From Fidelibacterota bacterium (GTDB lineage Bacteria > Fidelibacterota > UBA8477 > JABMPR01), in NCBI GenBank assembly GCA_021734255.1, contig JAIPJM010000001.1:105434-169433 (forward strand): a DNA stretch of 64,000 nt, given 5' to 3'. Positions 10,298 through 20,951 of the stretch are shown here, piece by piece; the first letter of the stretch is position 1; each line of letters opens with the position of its first letter. The translations under genes and the position numbers were made by a program. The notes under the pieces were generated by a model. It was not told the DNA's origin. It made no database searches and worked only from the letters and a program-made list of their open reading frames with translations.

Positions 10298-10372
10298 ACC
10301 AAGACCTCTTTCTGAAGGGTTTCTGCCACCAAGTTAGTATAAAATCGGGAGAGGAAAGCAAGAATTGCTCTT

Positions 10373-11170
10373 TCAGCCGACCTGTCTGCGGAGAAAAGAG
10401 TAGGTTAAGCCAGCGCTTATACTGGTTACGAGCAGGCCAATAGCCGTACCCCAAAACAAATTGAAGTGTTGATAAGTAAAGTGGACAACAAAGGAGTAGA
10501 CCCCCACGTTTACCATGGCACTGACCATGAGCGTTTTTGCTACAGCACGGGAAAACTCTACCCCGCCAGTACGGTAGGTGATATAAAGAGTGGACATAAA
10601 AATTACGGGAAAGTTGGCAAAGACACCACCGACGACTGGCCCGGTCAGGCGGCTAATGAGCACAGCTGTTGAGATGATCAAGCCACTGACAAGCCCACGG
10701 GCAAGGATCTGTTTTAATGTATAAGGGACCCGGACACCACCTTTGTGGCCAATATCCAGCACATATTCTGAGAGATAGTAGAAAAGAACAAGAGAAAGAG
10801 ACCAGACCAGGAGTGACAGAAAAGCACTTTCTGCGCCGGTCCAGATCACAAACCCAATGATCACGAACCAGACCAGCAAAGCCAGGAGGATGGTCCGAAC
10901 GAGCCCCGTGTGAATACGAACCTGGTAGATCATAATGAAGAACCCGTTCACGCCCATTACCAGCGGGATCATTACAGCCGCTCGAGACGCGTCACTGTTA
11001 CCCTGGGTGAGGCCGATGAAGATCAAAGCCACGACAACGGTAGAGGGCAGGCCGCCGATAAATCCGCCGATCTTGCTGCCGAAGCGTTCTGCAATAACGG
11101 TGACAGTGGTGACCCAGGTGGCGCCCACTAAAAAACTGAGAAGCAGTTTCCATACAAATGTCTGATCCAT
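10373..11170 (-). CDS. membrane protein, DUF3147-like, with internal duplication
   Basis: Hydrophobic; two related halves (GGFIGGLPST / GGVFANFPVI); start uncertain (11170, 11179 or 11200). Confidence 0.65.
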   Translation of the reverse strand: MDQTFVWKLLLSFLVGATWVTTVTVIAERFGSKIGGFIGGLPSTVVVALIFIGLTQGNSDASRAAVMIPLVMGVNGFFIMIYQVRIHTGLVRTILLALLVWFVIIGFVIWTGAESAFLSLLVWSLSLVLFYYLSEYVLDIGHKGGVRVPYTLKQILARGLVSGLIISTAVLISRLTGPVVGGVFANFPVIFMSTLYITYRTGGVEFSRAVAKTLMVSAMVNVGVYSFVVHFTYQHFNLFWGTAIGLLVTSISAGLTYSFLRRQVG

Positions 11171-11316
11171 TCCAGCCATGGACACAGAATAATGATCCAT
11201 GGAAAACGATGAAGTAAAAAAAGAGGTAGCGATCAGTAGACACTATTCGGGAGTGGTGAACACGTTACCCGAATTTCCAGGTTCCTATTTCAAGTTTCAA
11301 CCTCTATACTACATCA

Positions 11317-12243
11317 ATGCTTCAATATTTTCTGAAACGATCAGCACAGCTGGTGCCAGTGATCCTTGGTATCATCCTGTTGACCTTTATCCTCATGTAC
11401 ATCGTTCCTGGCGATCCGGTTCTTTCCATGGTCGGTGAGCGGTATGAGGAAGAAACCCTGGAGCAGTTGCGGGAACAGTTTCACCTGAACGATCCACTCT
11501 GGAAACAATTTGGTCATTATCTTTGGGGCTTATTCCATGGCGACCTGGGCGTGTCCTTTATCTCTCAGCGCCCGGTAAGCGAAATGATACTCGAACGATT
11601 TCCCGCGACGATGCTGCTGGCTGTCGGCGCCATGGTCATTTCCATTCTTCTTGGTATTTCTGTGGGGGTCCTCTCATCGATCAAACCTCATTCCTGGTTG
11701 GACCGAACGACCATGGGAGTTGCCCTTATAGGTATCTCAGCTCCCGTATTCTGGGTGGGACTTTTGCTAATCATTGGCGCCCGGGCAGTAGGTTGGCCTT
11801 ATTTGACAGGGTACGGCTGTCTGCCTTATCTCATACTTCCGGCAATAACCCTGGGCACCAGAAGCGCAGCATTTCTAGCAAGAGTAACGCGGGCCAACAT
11901 GTTGGAAGTCTTATCTCAGGATTATGTAAGAACAGCGAAAGCCAAGGGTTTGTCAAACTTTGTCGTGGTTGTCAAGCATGCCCTGAAAAACACCTTGATC
12001 CCGGTGATCACCATCATTGGTGTGGATTTCGGGTCCTATCTATCAGGAGCAGTACTCACAGAATCAATTTTTAACTGGCCCGGGATCGGACGGCTGGCTT
12101 TGAATGCCATTTTAAAAAGAGATTTTCCTGTTATTCAAGGGGCTGTACTGGTGACCGCCCTCATCTTCGTTACCGCCAACTTTATTGTGGATCTGCTTTA
12201 CGGTGCCCTTGACCCACGCATTCGATTGGGGAAGAAGCAGTGA
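11317..12243 (+). CDS. peptide/nickel ABC transporter permease (DppB/OppB family)
   Basis: PGDP, GDLGVS, EAA loop DYVRTAKAKGL, FNWPGIG, RDFPVIQG, LDPRIR. Confidence 0.95.
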   Translation: MLQYFLKRSAQLVPVILGIILLTFILMYIVPGDPVLSMVGERYEEETLEQLREQFHLNDPLWKQFGHYLWGLFHGDLGVSFISQRPVSEMILERFPATMLLAVGAMVISILLGISVGVLSSIKPHSWLDRTTMGVALIGISAPVFWVGLLLIIGARAVGWPYLTGYGCLPYLILPAITLGTRSAAFLARVTRANMLEVLSQDYVRTAKAKGLSNFVVVVKHALKNTLIPVITIIGVDFGSYLSGAVLTESIFNWPGIGRLALNAILKRDFPVIQGAVLVTALIFVTANFIVDLLYGALDPRIRLGKKQ

Positions 12244-12330
12244 CCTGTCGCCGGATAATCAAAAGGGCATGTTGGGGAGGAACGTTGCACACGACGCTCC
12301 CATCTACCCGGGTAGAAGACAGGAGCTCAA

Positions 12331-13194
12331 ATGCGCGGTAGCATCACCTCCGAAACGTTTCGACAGTTAAAAAGAAACAAAACAGCGCTGTTTGGGCTTG
12401 CCCTGGTGGTTCTGCTTGTTTTTGTTGGTGTCTTCGCGCCCTGGGTTGCCCCCTACGATCCTTACGATGCAAATCTGGATATCAGTCTGCAGCCACCATC
12501 CTCAGACTATTGGCTGGGTACCGATGAAGAAGGCCGGGATGTCCTGTCCAGGATCATTTATGGTGCAAGGATATCGCTAAAGGTCGGGATCATTGCCAGC
12601 TCGATCTCTCTGTTTCTCGGCGCCTTCCTCGGTTTGATAGCCGGATTTTTCAGGGGCTGGACAGAAACCTTTATCATGCGTTTCACCGATGTCATGTTTG
12701 GTTTTCCCGCCCTGTTGTTCATGATCGGCATCACCGCTGCCGTACCCCGACCCAGTATTGAGGTTGCCATGTTGGCGATCGGTCTGGTCAGCTGGCCAAG
12801 CATGGCCCGGATCATGCGCTCGCAGGTGTTGACCGTCGCCAACACTGAATATGTGGCCGCAGCACGTTCTCTTGGCTACTCTAAGATGCGGATCATGATG
12901 CGCCATGTGCTTCCAAATTGTCTCGCTCCAGTGGTGGTTGCTTTTACCATGAGTATTGCTGGTGCAGTTATGGCCGAAGCCTCGCTTTCCTTTATCGGCT
13001 TAGGAGCCCAACCACCAGAGCCTAGCTGGGGCTCCATGATCGCCTTTGGTCGCGTTCACCTCAGGGGTGAATGGTGGATATCTGTCTTTCCAGGTCTGGC
13101 GGTGGCGGTCATGGTCGTTGGGTTTAATCTCTTTGGTGAAGGGTTGAGAGACGCTCTGGATCCCACCATGCGGGGCAGAACCAAACATAAATAA
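12331..13194 (+). CDS. peptide/nickel ABC transporter permease (DppC/OppC family)
   Basis: LGTDEEGRDVLSRIIYGARISL, EYVAAARSLG, PPEPSWG, GLRDALDP. Confidence 0.95.
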   Translation: MRGSITSETFRQLKRNKTALFGLALVVLLVFVGVFAPWVAPYDPYDANLDISLQPPSSDYWLGTDEEGRDVLSRIIYGARISLKVGIIASSISLFLGAFLGLIAGFFRGWTETFIMRFTDVMFGFPALLFMIGITAAVPRPSIEVAMLAIGLVSWPSMARIMRSQVLTVANTEYVAAARSLGYSKMRIMMRHVLPNCLAPVVVAFTMSIAGAVMAEASLSFIGLGAQPPEPSWGSMIAFGRVHLRGEWWISVFPGLAVAVMVVGFNLFGEGLRDALDPTMRGRTKHK

Positions 13195-13217
13195 TTTCAC
13201 CCGCTTCAAGAAAATGC

Positions 13218-13248
13218 TTGACCCTCACCTGGCGTCATAGCCTATAAT
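13218..13248 (+). promoter_or_regulatory. MerR-type sigma70 promoter with 19-bp spacer and operator
   Basis: TTGACC-ctcacctggcgtcatagcc (19 nt)-TATAAT, 30 nt upstream of a MerR gene; resembles mta/tipA promoters. Confidence 0.85.
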
Positions 13249-13278
13249 AAGCACCGATGAAAGGACGAGGGGTTAGCA

Positions 13279-14043
13279 ATGAGCAAACAGTATAGTGTTA
13301 AACAGTTGGCGGAATTGTCAGGAGTGACAATTAGAGCGCTCCACCATTACGATCATATCGGTCTATTAAAGCCTGCTGTGAGAACAGAAAAGAAATACCG
13401 GCTCTACGACCATGGTGATTGTTTGCGTTTACAGCAGGTCCTGTTCTACAGAGAGTTAGGCTTTTCTCTGCTAGAGATCAGGGATCTTCTTGACGACCCG
13501 GATTTTAACACGGCTGTAGCACTGCATGACCATCGTAAAAAACTTGTTCAGAGACAAAAGCACATGACGTCGCTGATCCAGACAGTGGATAGAACCCTGG
13601 CGTTAATGGAAGGAGAAGACACGATGACCTTAAAAGATAAAGATCTCTATCAGGGTTTCGATCGGGAAAAGATCGACCGCTGGAATAGAGAGGTTGAAGA
13701 GAAATACGACCCCGAGACCGTCGAGGAGTCACGGTCGAATCTCAGCAAGATGTCCAAGGCTCAGTTTGCAGAAGTGCAGAAACAGGGTGATCGGGTAACG
13801 CTGGCCATTGCAGAGTTAATGGATAAAGAGCCAAACGACCCTGATGTTCAAGCTCAGATCAAGCTGCACCACGCCTGGGTCGAGAATTTCTATGAATGCC
13901 CGCTGGAGATGTACAGAGGCCTGGGACAACTCTACATAGAGAATCCAGAGTTTACTGCCTTCTATGAGAAAATCAAGCCGGGTCTGGCAACATTCATGGC
14001 AGAAGCCATGGCTCATTTTGCGGACAACGAAATGAGATATTGA
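13279..14043 (+). CDS. MerR family transcriptional regulator with TipAS antibiotic-recognition domain (TipA/Mta-like)
   Basis: SGVTIRALHHYDHIGLLKP HTH; C-terminal FYECP...LGQLYIENPEFTAFYE..KPGLA TipAS pattern. Confidence 0.93.
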   Translation: MSKQYSVKQLAELSGVTIRALHHYDHIGLLKPAVRTEKKYRLYDHGDCLRLQQVLFYRELGFSLLEIRDLLDDPDFNTAVALHDHRKKLVQRQKHMTSLIQTVDRTLALMEGEDTMTLKDKDLYQGFDREKIDRWNREVEEKYDPETVEESRSNLSKMSKAQFAEVQKQGDRVTLAIAELMDKEPNDPDVQAQIKLHHAWVENFYECPLEMYRGLGQLYIENPEFTAFYEKIKPGLATFMAEAMAHFADNEMRY

Positions 14044-14098
14044 CGACTTTTCAGTACCGGTATCGTATATTCTCTCCAAAATAAAGGGAGGGAATGCC

Positions 14099-14473
14099 AT
14101 GGAGCTATCAATACTGATCGCCCGAACGATTTCAATTATATATGTCTCAACGGGCATTGCCGTGATCATTGGCACGCTTGACTATAATAAGATCGTCAAG
14201 GGCCTGATCGACTCACAAGCGCTTAACTTTTTTTTTGGCGCTGTGGCGATAACGGCAGGCGTCTTCCTGGTCGAGCATCACAATCTGTGGGAGCAAAACT
14301 GGACGCTTATCATAACGCTGATCAGCTGGGGCTTATTGCTGGGAGGGATCCTTGTTGTCATTTTCCCCAAATTTCTCGCACGCTATAACCAGCTGATAAA
14401 AAACTCTCGCCTGCTTGGTGCTTTCATGACCCTCTTTGGCCTGTTGATGGGCTATTTTGGGTTTTTTAAATAA
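14099..14473 (+). CDS. hypothetical four-TM membrane protein
   Basis: RBS GGAGG; hydrophobic 124 aa with HNLW motif. Confidence 0.7.
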   Translation: MELSILIARTISIIYVSTGIAVIIGTLDYNKIVKGLIDSQALNFFFGAVAITAGVFLVEHHNLWEQNWTLIITLISWGLLLGGILVVIFPKFLARYNQLIKNSRLLGAFMTLFGLLMGYFGFFK

Positions 14474-14585
14474 ACGGCCTCCAAACAAAACAGACAGGTG
14501 TTTCCCAGAGACGCTCCCTGGGCGGTCAACACTTGTCAATAACAGGCTTTGAGGCGCTTTTTGGAGAGCAAACAGGAGAATCTGC

Positions 14586-14614
14586 TTGTCATTTTTTGGG
14601 ACAGCATGTATCAT
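14586..14614 (+). promoter_or_regulatory. putative sigma70 promoter of act operon
   Basis: TTGTCA-17 nt-TATCAT about 95 nt upstream of actA. Confidence 0.5.
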
Positions 14615-14708
14615 GTTTGCCATAAAGAATTAGACGTTAGACAGGCTGCGTGCACAGCTTTTGAACGTCTCTAATGAACCAAATATGATAAAAAAAAAGG
14701 GATAGATC

Positions 14709-15365
14709 TTGGCTCAGATATTCCCCCAATGGACGAATAAAGCACCGTTTGTTGTTCTTGCCGGTGTTGGCTTTAGTCTTGTCGTTGTGGTTGGTCTTGT
14801 CTGGTACTATGCTTCACCCTGGAATACAGATGTGGGTTATAGACCGATACAGCCAGTTCCATACAGCCACAAACTACATGCAAATATAGACAGCCTCAGT
14901 CTTGACTGTCGCTTCTGTCATACCGGCGTGGAAACATCACCGGTGGCAGGGATACCGCCTACACAGACATGTATGAATTGTCATAACATGATCAAGGCAG
15001 ATAGCGATAAGCTGGCGCTTGTTCGAGAAAGCTTGAAATCAGGAACGCCAATTGCCTGGGTGCGGGTACATAAATCCCCGGACTATGTCTACTTTGACCA
15101 TTCTGCCCACCTAACAGCAGGGGTGGGTTGTGCCAGTTGTCATGGCAGGATCGATGAAATGGAAGTGGTTGCACAAGCCAAACCCTTAAGCATGGGCTGG
15201 TGTCTGGAATGCCATAGGAATCCAGATGACCACCTGAGACCTGCTGGCGAGATCACCAATATGAATTGGACCCCTGGAGCAAATCAGGCTGAATTCGCTA
15301 AGAAGCAAAAACAGTTTCTGGATATTCAGGCACCAATAACAGACTGTACAGGATGTCACCGATGA
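14709..15365 (+). CDS. actA: alternative complex III subunit A, pentaheme cytochrome c
   Basis: TTG start; N-terminal TM; five CxxCH motifs (CRFCH, CMNCH, CASCH, CLECH, CTGCH); QPVPYSHKLH. Confidence 0.94.
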   Translation: MAQIFPQWTNKAPFVVLAGVGFSLVVVVGLVWYYASPWNTDVGYRPIQPVPYSHKLHANIDSLSLDCRFCHTGVETSPVAGIPPTQTCMNCHNMIKADSDKLALVRESLKSGTPIAWVRVHKSPDYVYFDHSAHLTAGVGCASCHGRIDEMEVVAQAKPLSMGWCLECHRNPDDHLRPAGEITNMNWTPGANQAEFAKKQKQFLDIQAPITDCTGCHR

Positions 15366-18300
15366 GTAGCAACACGACAAAATCAGTACAGGATAAAACT
15401 TACTGGCGAAGCCTTGATCACCTGGCTGAGACCCCTGAGTTCAAGGAGCTGGTGGAAAAAGAGTTCCCTGAAGGAGCCTCTGAGTTAACGAATCCTGTAT
15501 CACGTAGAAAATTCTTAAGTCTCATGGGGGCTTCCATGGCGCTGGCTGGGCTGACCAGTTGTCGCCGACCCGTTGAGAAGATCATTCCTTATGTGGTGAA
15601 GCCGGAAGAGATCATTCCTGGGAAGCCGCAGTATTACGCCACCAATATGCCCTTTGGAACCCAGTCTTTTGGACTGTTGGTGGAGAGTCATGAAGGCCGT
15701 CCGACCAAGATAGAGGGCAATAAAAATCACCCGGGAACGGGTGGCGCATCGAATGTGTTCATGCAGGCTGAAATGCTGAACCTGTATGATCCGGATCGTT
15801 CCAAATTGATTCTGAAGAACGGTAGGGCCTCGTCCTGGAGAGCGTTCACTGCCGTCATGAAAAATGAGCTGGAGAAACACCAGGAGAATGGTGGTGAGGG
15901 GCTGGCTGTTTTGACGGAAAGCTTTACCTCTCCAACATTAAAGCGGCTTTCTGAAGAATTTGGTCGTCGCTATCCGAAGGCTAGCTGGGTGAGTTACGAC
16001 AGCATCAGCGATGAGAATATTCAGGCGGGCTTGACGGCTGCAAGCGATAACAGCGCACTACCGGGTTATGATTTCAGCAAGGCGAAAGTCATCCTTTCCC
16101 TGGACTCTGACTTTATGCAGATGGAAAGTGATGATCTGCAGAATGCCCGGGGTTTTGCCAGTGGTCGTCGTGTCGAATCTGAAGATGACACGATGAATCG
16201 ACTGTATGTCGTTGAGGGCACTTATAGCCTCACAGGCGGAATGGCCGACCACAGGTTGAAAGTCCAAAGCGGTCAGATCGCTACGTTCACGGCAGCGCTT
16301 GCCGGTGAACTGGCAGCACAAGGCCTGGCAATCGGCGCACCGGAGGTAAATACTTCATTTGACAAGGAGTGGCTGAAAGCAGTCGTCGCTGACCTGCTTG
16401 CCAACAAGGGTCAGTCTTTGATCGTGGCTGGAAAACGTCAACCGGCCCATGTTCACACCCTGGTAGCGTTGATCAATGAGATCTTGGAAAATAGTGGCAG
16501 TACGGTGAATTATCATGAGAACCAGGATATGATTGGATCGAGCCTGGAGTCCCTGGTCTCGTTGACAAACGACATGCGCTCAGGCAAGATCAAAACGCTT
16601 GTGATCCTGGGTGGAAACCCGGCTTATCAGGCTCCTTCAGATCTAAAATTCGCTGAAGCTCTACGCAGGGTTGCCTTCACAGCCCAGGTCAGTCTCCAGG
16701 TGGATGAAACCGCAAAGCATGTTGACTGGCACATCCCGGCCGCTCATTTCCTTGAAAGCTGGGGTGATGTATCTGGTAGTGGTGGAGCCGGGATCATTCA
16801 GCCCCTCATTGCCCCCCTCTTCGATGGAAAAAGCGCGATTGAGATGGCAGGTGTATTGCTCGGCAATGACGAAATGTCTGGGTATGAGATGGTTCAAGAG
16901 ACCTGGAAAGGTATTCTGGGAAAGAATAATTTTGAGAAAAAATGGCGGCGCGTCGTTCATGATGGATACACGGATATCAGCCGTGAACGGGCTGTGGCGA
17001 TCAATAAGAGTAGAGCCCAGGCAAGCGTAGACGCAAGTGATTACAATTCTACACCAGCCAGTCCCGAGAAGATGGAAGTTGTTTTTACAGCATCCTTCAG
17101 CAACCTGGATGGTCGTTATGCCAACAATGGCTGGATGCAGGAGCTTCCCGACCCTATAACAAAAGTTACCTGGGATAATGTGGCGCTCATGAGCGTGAAC
17201 ACCGCCAACACCCTGAATGTGAAGAATGAGAAGCTGGTAAAGATCCAAAAAGATCAGGATGAGATCATTCTTCCGGTCTGGATCCTGCCCGGTATCGCTG
17301 ACAACACAGTAGTTGTTGAACTGGGGTTTGGCCGGCACGTCGGTCGCGTTTCAAACGGCGTTGGCGTTGATGTCAACCCCTTGAGAAAATCAACCGCCCC
17401 CACTTTTGCCGCCGGTTTCACCGTTCGAAGAGCGTCTGGCGAACACAGCATCGCCTGCGTACAGGACAATCACGGACTGGATGAAGAGAAGCTGGCTTCT
17501 GATGCTATTCAAGACCGGCTGCCTGTCATCGTGCGGGAAAGCACCATGGATGACTACCAGCGAGATCCGGCATTCGCCATGGGTCTGGCTGAGAAGGAAG
17601 AACTTCGGTCTATGTGGGTTGAGCATGACTACGGCGAGGGAAACCAGTGGGGTATGACCATTGACCTGAACACCTGTTCCGGTTGTAGCGCCTGTACCAT
17701 TGCCTGTCAAAGCGAGAATAATATTCCGATCATTGGTAAAGAAGAGGTCTCAAACGGTCGTGACATGAGTTGGATCCGACTGGACCGCTATTTCAGCGGC
17801 GATGTGGAAGACCCGGAAATGGTCTTCCAGCCCGTTGCCTGCCAGCATTGTGAAATGGCACCCTGCGAAGGTGTTTGTCCGGTTGCCGCGACAACCCATA
17901 GTTCGGAAGGCCTCAACGAAATGGCTTATAACCGCTGTATTGGAACCCGTTATTGTTCCAACAATTGTCCCTATAAGGTCAGGCGCTTTAACTTCTTCAA
18001 CTATAGCAAGGACATGCCAGAGATCATCCAGATGGCCATGAATCCCGATGTATCGGTGCGCTTTAGGGGTGTTATGGAGAAATGTACCTATTGTGTACAG
18101 CGCATCAATGTGGCCAAGATCGAAGCCAAGAACGATGATCGAGAACTGGTTGATGGTGATATCACGACAGCCTGTGAGCAGGCCTGTCCGACCAACGCCA
18201 TTGTTTTTGGAAACATCAATGACCCGGAAAGCAGGGTTTCAAAATTGAAAGCACAAAACCGTGACTATGCATTGCTTGGAGAGTTGAATGTTCAGCCAAG

Positions 18301-18379
18301 AACAAGTTACGGCGCCAAGCTGCGCAATCCGAATCCGGCCCTGGTTGACGGTGGACACGCAGACGGCGGTCATGCATGA
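15362..18379 (+). CDS. actB: alternative complex III subunit B (molybdopterin-oxidoreductase-like plus Fe-S domain)
   Basis: YWRSL, Tat/lipoprotein signal SRRKFL...LTSC, EGRPTKIEGN, four Fe-S Cys clusters, RGVMEKCTYC; ATGA overlap with actA. Confidence 0.95.
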   Translation: MSSNTTKSVQDKTYWRSLDHLAETPEFKELVEKEFPEGASELTNPVSRRKFLSLMGASMALAGLTSCRRPVEKIIPYVVKPEEIIPGKPQYYATNMPFGTQSFGLLVESHEGRPTKIEGNKNHPGTGGASNVFMQAEMLNLYDPDRSKLILKNGRASSWRAFTAVMKNELEKHQENGGEGLAVLTESFTSPTLKRLSEEFGRRYPKASWVSYDSISDENIQAGLTAASDNSALPGYDFSKAKVILSLDSDFMQMESDDLQNARGFASGRRVESEDDTMNRLYVVEGTYSLTGGMADHRLKVQSGQIATFTAALAGELAAQGLAIGAPEVNTSFDKEWLKAVVADLLANKGQSLIVAGKRQPAHVHTLVALINEILENSGSTVNYHENQDMIGSSLESLVSLTNDMRSGKIKTLVILGGNPAYQAPSDLKFAEALRRVAFTAQVSLQVDETAKHVDWHIPAAHFLESWGDVSGSGGAGIIQPLIAPLFDGKSAIEMAGVLLGNDEMSGYEMVQETWKGILGKNNFEKKWRRVVHDGYTDISRERAVAINKSRAQASVDASDYNSTPASPEKMEVVFTASFSNLDGRYANNGWMQELPDPITKVTWDNVALMSVNTANTLNVKNEKLVKIQKDQDEIILPVWILPGIADNTVVVELGFGRHVGRVSNGVGVDVNPLRKSTAPTFAAGFTVRRASGEHSIACVQDNHGLDEEKLASDAIQDRLPVIVRESTMDDYQRDPAFAMGLAEKEELRSMWVEHDYGEGNQWGMTIDLNTCSGCSACTIACQSENNIPIIGKEEVSNGRDMSWIRLDRYFSGDVEDPEMVFQPVACQHCEMAPCEGVCPVAATTHSSEGLNEMAYNRCIGTRYCSNNCPYKVRRFNFFNYSKDMPEIIQMAMNPDVSVRFRGVMEKCTYCVQRINVAKIEAKNDDRELVDGDITTACEQACPTNAIVFGNINDPESRVSKLKAQNRDYALLGELNVQPRTSYGAKLRNPNPALVDGGHADGGHA

Positions 18380-18413
18380 AATCTAAACCCATGAAATAAT
18401 ACGGAACGCTAAC

Positions 18414-19829
18414 GTGAGCATTTTAAACAAAAAACCTGAAAGAGATCCTGGAGCAGCAGAAGCTGTCGCTGGCGACGAATTACTGGTCACCGGCGGACAT
18501 ACTTTTTCAAGCCTGACTGATAAAGTTAGTGGGATCGTTGAGAAAAAGACGCCACAGCAGTGGTACCTCCTGTTTGCCATGGCCGTATCTGGTCTCATGG
18601 TCTTATTGGGCTCTATTGGATGGCTGGTATGGGAAGGAACCGGTATCTGGGGTCTCAACAACCCGGTTGGCTGGGGCTGGGCCATTGTAAACTTCGTGTT
18701 CTGGGTCGGTATCGGTCACGCAGGCACCCTGATCTCTGCTATTCTTTTTCTACTTCGCCAACAATGGCGAACTGCCATTAACCGATTCGCCGAAGCCATG
18801 ACGATCTTTGCCGTGATCTGTGCCCTAATGTTTCCGGGTATTCACGTCGGGCGTGTCTGGTTGGCCTATTATATGTTTCCTATACCAAACCAGATGCTGA
18901 TCTGGCCAAACTTCAGAAGCCCGCTATTGTGGGACATTTTCGCTGTTGTAACCTATTTCACAGTATCCACTCTCTTCTGGTACGTGGGTTTGATCCCCGA
19001 CCTGGCAACCCTGAGAGATCGGGCCAAAAACCTGCGCAAAAAGGTCCTGGGTCTCTTTGCTTTAGGCTGGAGGGGCGGCAACCGCCAATGGCAGCATTAT
19101 GAGAAGGCTTATCTCATGCTGGCTGGCCTGGCAACGCCTCTGGTGCTGTCGGTGCACTCGGTTGTTGCGACAGACTTTGCCACAAGTCTCATCCCGGGCT
19201 GGCACACGACGATCTTTCCCCCGTATTTCGTAGCCGGGGCGGTGTTCTCTGGTTTTGGAATGGTCATGACCCTGGCCTTGATCGCTCGCAAGATCTACGG
19301 CCTCCAAGATATTATTACCCTGAACCATTTGGAAAAGATGAACAAGATTATCCTGGTAACAGGCTCGATGGTGGGTTATTCCTACATCATGGAGTTCTTT
19401 ATCGCCTGGTATTCAGGAAATGAATTTGAGTATTTTGCATTTATCAACAGGGCTCTAGGCCCTTATGCCTGGGCCTATTGGATCATGTTCCTGTGTAACG
19501 TGATCACACCCCAGATCTTCTGGTTCAAAAAACTGCGGAGAAGCATCCCGGTCATGTTCGTTGCCAGTATTTTTGTGAATATTGGCATGTGGTTCGAACG
19601 GTTTGTGATCACAGTGACATCATTATCGCGTGATTTCCTGCCTTCTTCATGGGACTACTACACGCCTTCGATCTGGGATATGCTGACCTTCATAGGAAGC
19701 TTTGGGCTTTTCTTCACCTTTTTCCTGCTGTTCCTGCGCTTTCTTCCTATGGTGGCATTGGCTGAGGTCAAAGGGACCTTGCCGGAGGCAGACCCCCATA
19801 ATTATCACAAGGAAGGAGGTGACAAATGA
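18414..19829 (+). CDS. actC: alternative complex III subunit C (NrfD/PsrC family)
   Basis: [55 protein letters not shown]. Confidence 0.96.
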   Translation: MSILNKKPERDPGAAEAVAGDELLVTGGHTFSSLTDKVSGIVEKKTPQQWYLLFAMAVSGLMVLLGSIGWLVWEGTGIWGLNNPVGWGWAIVNFVFWVGIGHAGTLISAILFLLRQQWRTAINRFAEAMTIFAVICALMFPGIHVGRVWLAYYMFPIPNQMLIWPNFRSPLLWDIFAVVTYFTVSTLFWYVGLIPDLATLRDRAKNLRKKVLGLFALGWRGGNRQWQHYEKAYLMLAGLATPLVLSVHSVVATDFATSLIPGWHTTIFPPYFVAGAVFSGFGMVMTLALIARKIYGLQDIITLNHLEKMNKIILVTGSMVGYSYIMEFFIAWYSGNEFEYFAFINRALGPYAWAYWIMFLCNVITPQIFWFKKLRRSIPVMFVASIFVNIGMWFERFVITVTSLSRDFLPSSWDYYTPSIWDMLTFIGSFGLFFTFFLLFLRFLPMVALAEVKGTLPEADPHNYHKEGGDK

Positions 19830-20359
19830 GCAAACCGCTTGGCGTACTCGCGCGCTTCTCAAATCCGGCTGAATTGATCGATGCAGCCAAGAAGGTTCGT
19901 GATGCCGGTTATCAGAAATTTGATTGTCACTCTCCCTTCCCTATTCACGGGATGGATGATGCCATGGGGATGAAGCGCTCACCCCTGGGTTTCATTGTTG
20001 GCGCTATGACCCTGACAGGGGCTGCTGTTGGCATGGGTCTCCAGTATTGGACATCCACTATCGAATACCCCTTGGTGATCTCGGGCAAGCCCTTCTTCAG
20101 CTGGCAAGCCTTTATCATCGTCACCTTTGCTCTCTTTGTGCTGTTCGGTGCTTTTGGGGCCGTCTTTGGCATGTTCCATTTGAATCGGCTACCCCGACTA
20201 CATCACCCGCTGTTCTACTCGAAGCAGTTCGAAAGCGTGACCGATGATGCCTTTTTTGTGAGTATAGAAGCGGAAGACGAGAAATTTGACGCAACACAAA
20301 CCCAGGCATTTCTGAGTTCCATTGGGGGATCAAATGTCGAAGTCATTACAGGCGAATAG
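19826..20359 (+). CDS. actD: alternative complex III subunit D (DUF3341)
   Basis: [28 protein letters not shown] motifs. Confidence 0.94.
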   Translation: MSKPLGVLARFSNPAELIDAAKKVRDAGYQKFDCHSPFPIHGMDDAMGMKRSPLGFIVGAMTLTGAAVGMGLQYWTSTIEYPLVISGKPFFSWQAFIIVTFALFVLFGAFGAVFGMFHLNRLPRLHHPLFYSKQFESVTDDAFFVSIEAEDEKFDATQTQAFLSSIGGSNVEVITGE

Positions 20360-20366
20360 GAGGTAG

Positions 20367-20936
20367 ATGATGAGACAGATACGATTATTACCTCTTGTTG
20401 CCCTGATGGTCACCCTGATGTTTGTTGTGTCCTGTGGTCGTGGTGGTTATTCAGAAAAACCACCGATCCACCCCAACCCGAACATGGACTCTCAGGATAA
20501 ACTCAAAGCACAATCCGAACACACCTTTTTCCCTGACGGTGCCTCCATGCGCACTCCTGTTGAAGGAACCGTCGCCAGAGGTGAATTGAGAGAAGACGAT
20601 GCCTATTACCGTGGCAAAGACGCTGCAGGTAACTTTCTGAACAAGGCTCCCATTGAGTTCACAGAAGAGATCTTGGCCCGAGGGAAAGCACGATATGATA
20701 TTTATTGCAGTGCCTGCCATGGCGTCAATGCAGACGGAAAAGGAAAGATCCTGGATTACAACTATCCGGTTCCTCCAGCTAATTTTCATGAGGAGCGTAT
20801 CATGAAGCTGAGTGATGGCCACATGTTCAATGCAGTCACGAACGGGCGGTTGAACATGCCATCCCTGAAAGCCCAGGTGTCTGTTGAGGACAGATGGGCG
20901 ATCATCGGCTATATCCGCTCCATTCAAAAGAAATAA
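20367..20936 (+). CDS. actE: alternative complex III subunit E, monoheme cytochrome c lipoprotein
   Basis: Lipobox VVSC, MRTPVEGTVARG, YCSACHG, DRWAIIGYIRSIQ. Confidence 0.94.
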   Translation: MMRQIRLLPLVALMVTLMFVVSCGRGGYSEKPPIHPNPNMDSQDKLKAQSEHTFFPDGASMRTPVEGTVARGELREDDAYYRGKDAAGNFLNKAPIEFTEEILARGKARYDIYCSACHGVNADGKGKILDYNYPVPPANFHEERIMKLSDGHMFNAVTNGRLNMPSLKAQVSVEDRWAIIGYIRSIQKK

Positions 20937-20951
20937 GGCTTTGAGAGCATT

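Noticed and set aside
16661-17338. Long antisense or alternate-frame ORFs (also 20451-21083, 55640-56269, 57690-58280, 34439-34966)
   Set aside because: Shadows of well-supported genes, with no motifs or RBS
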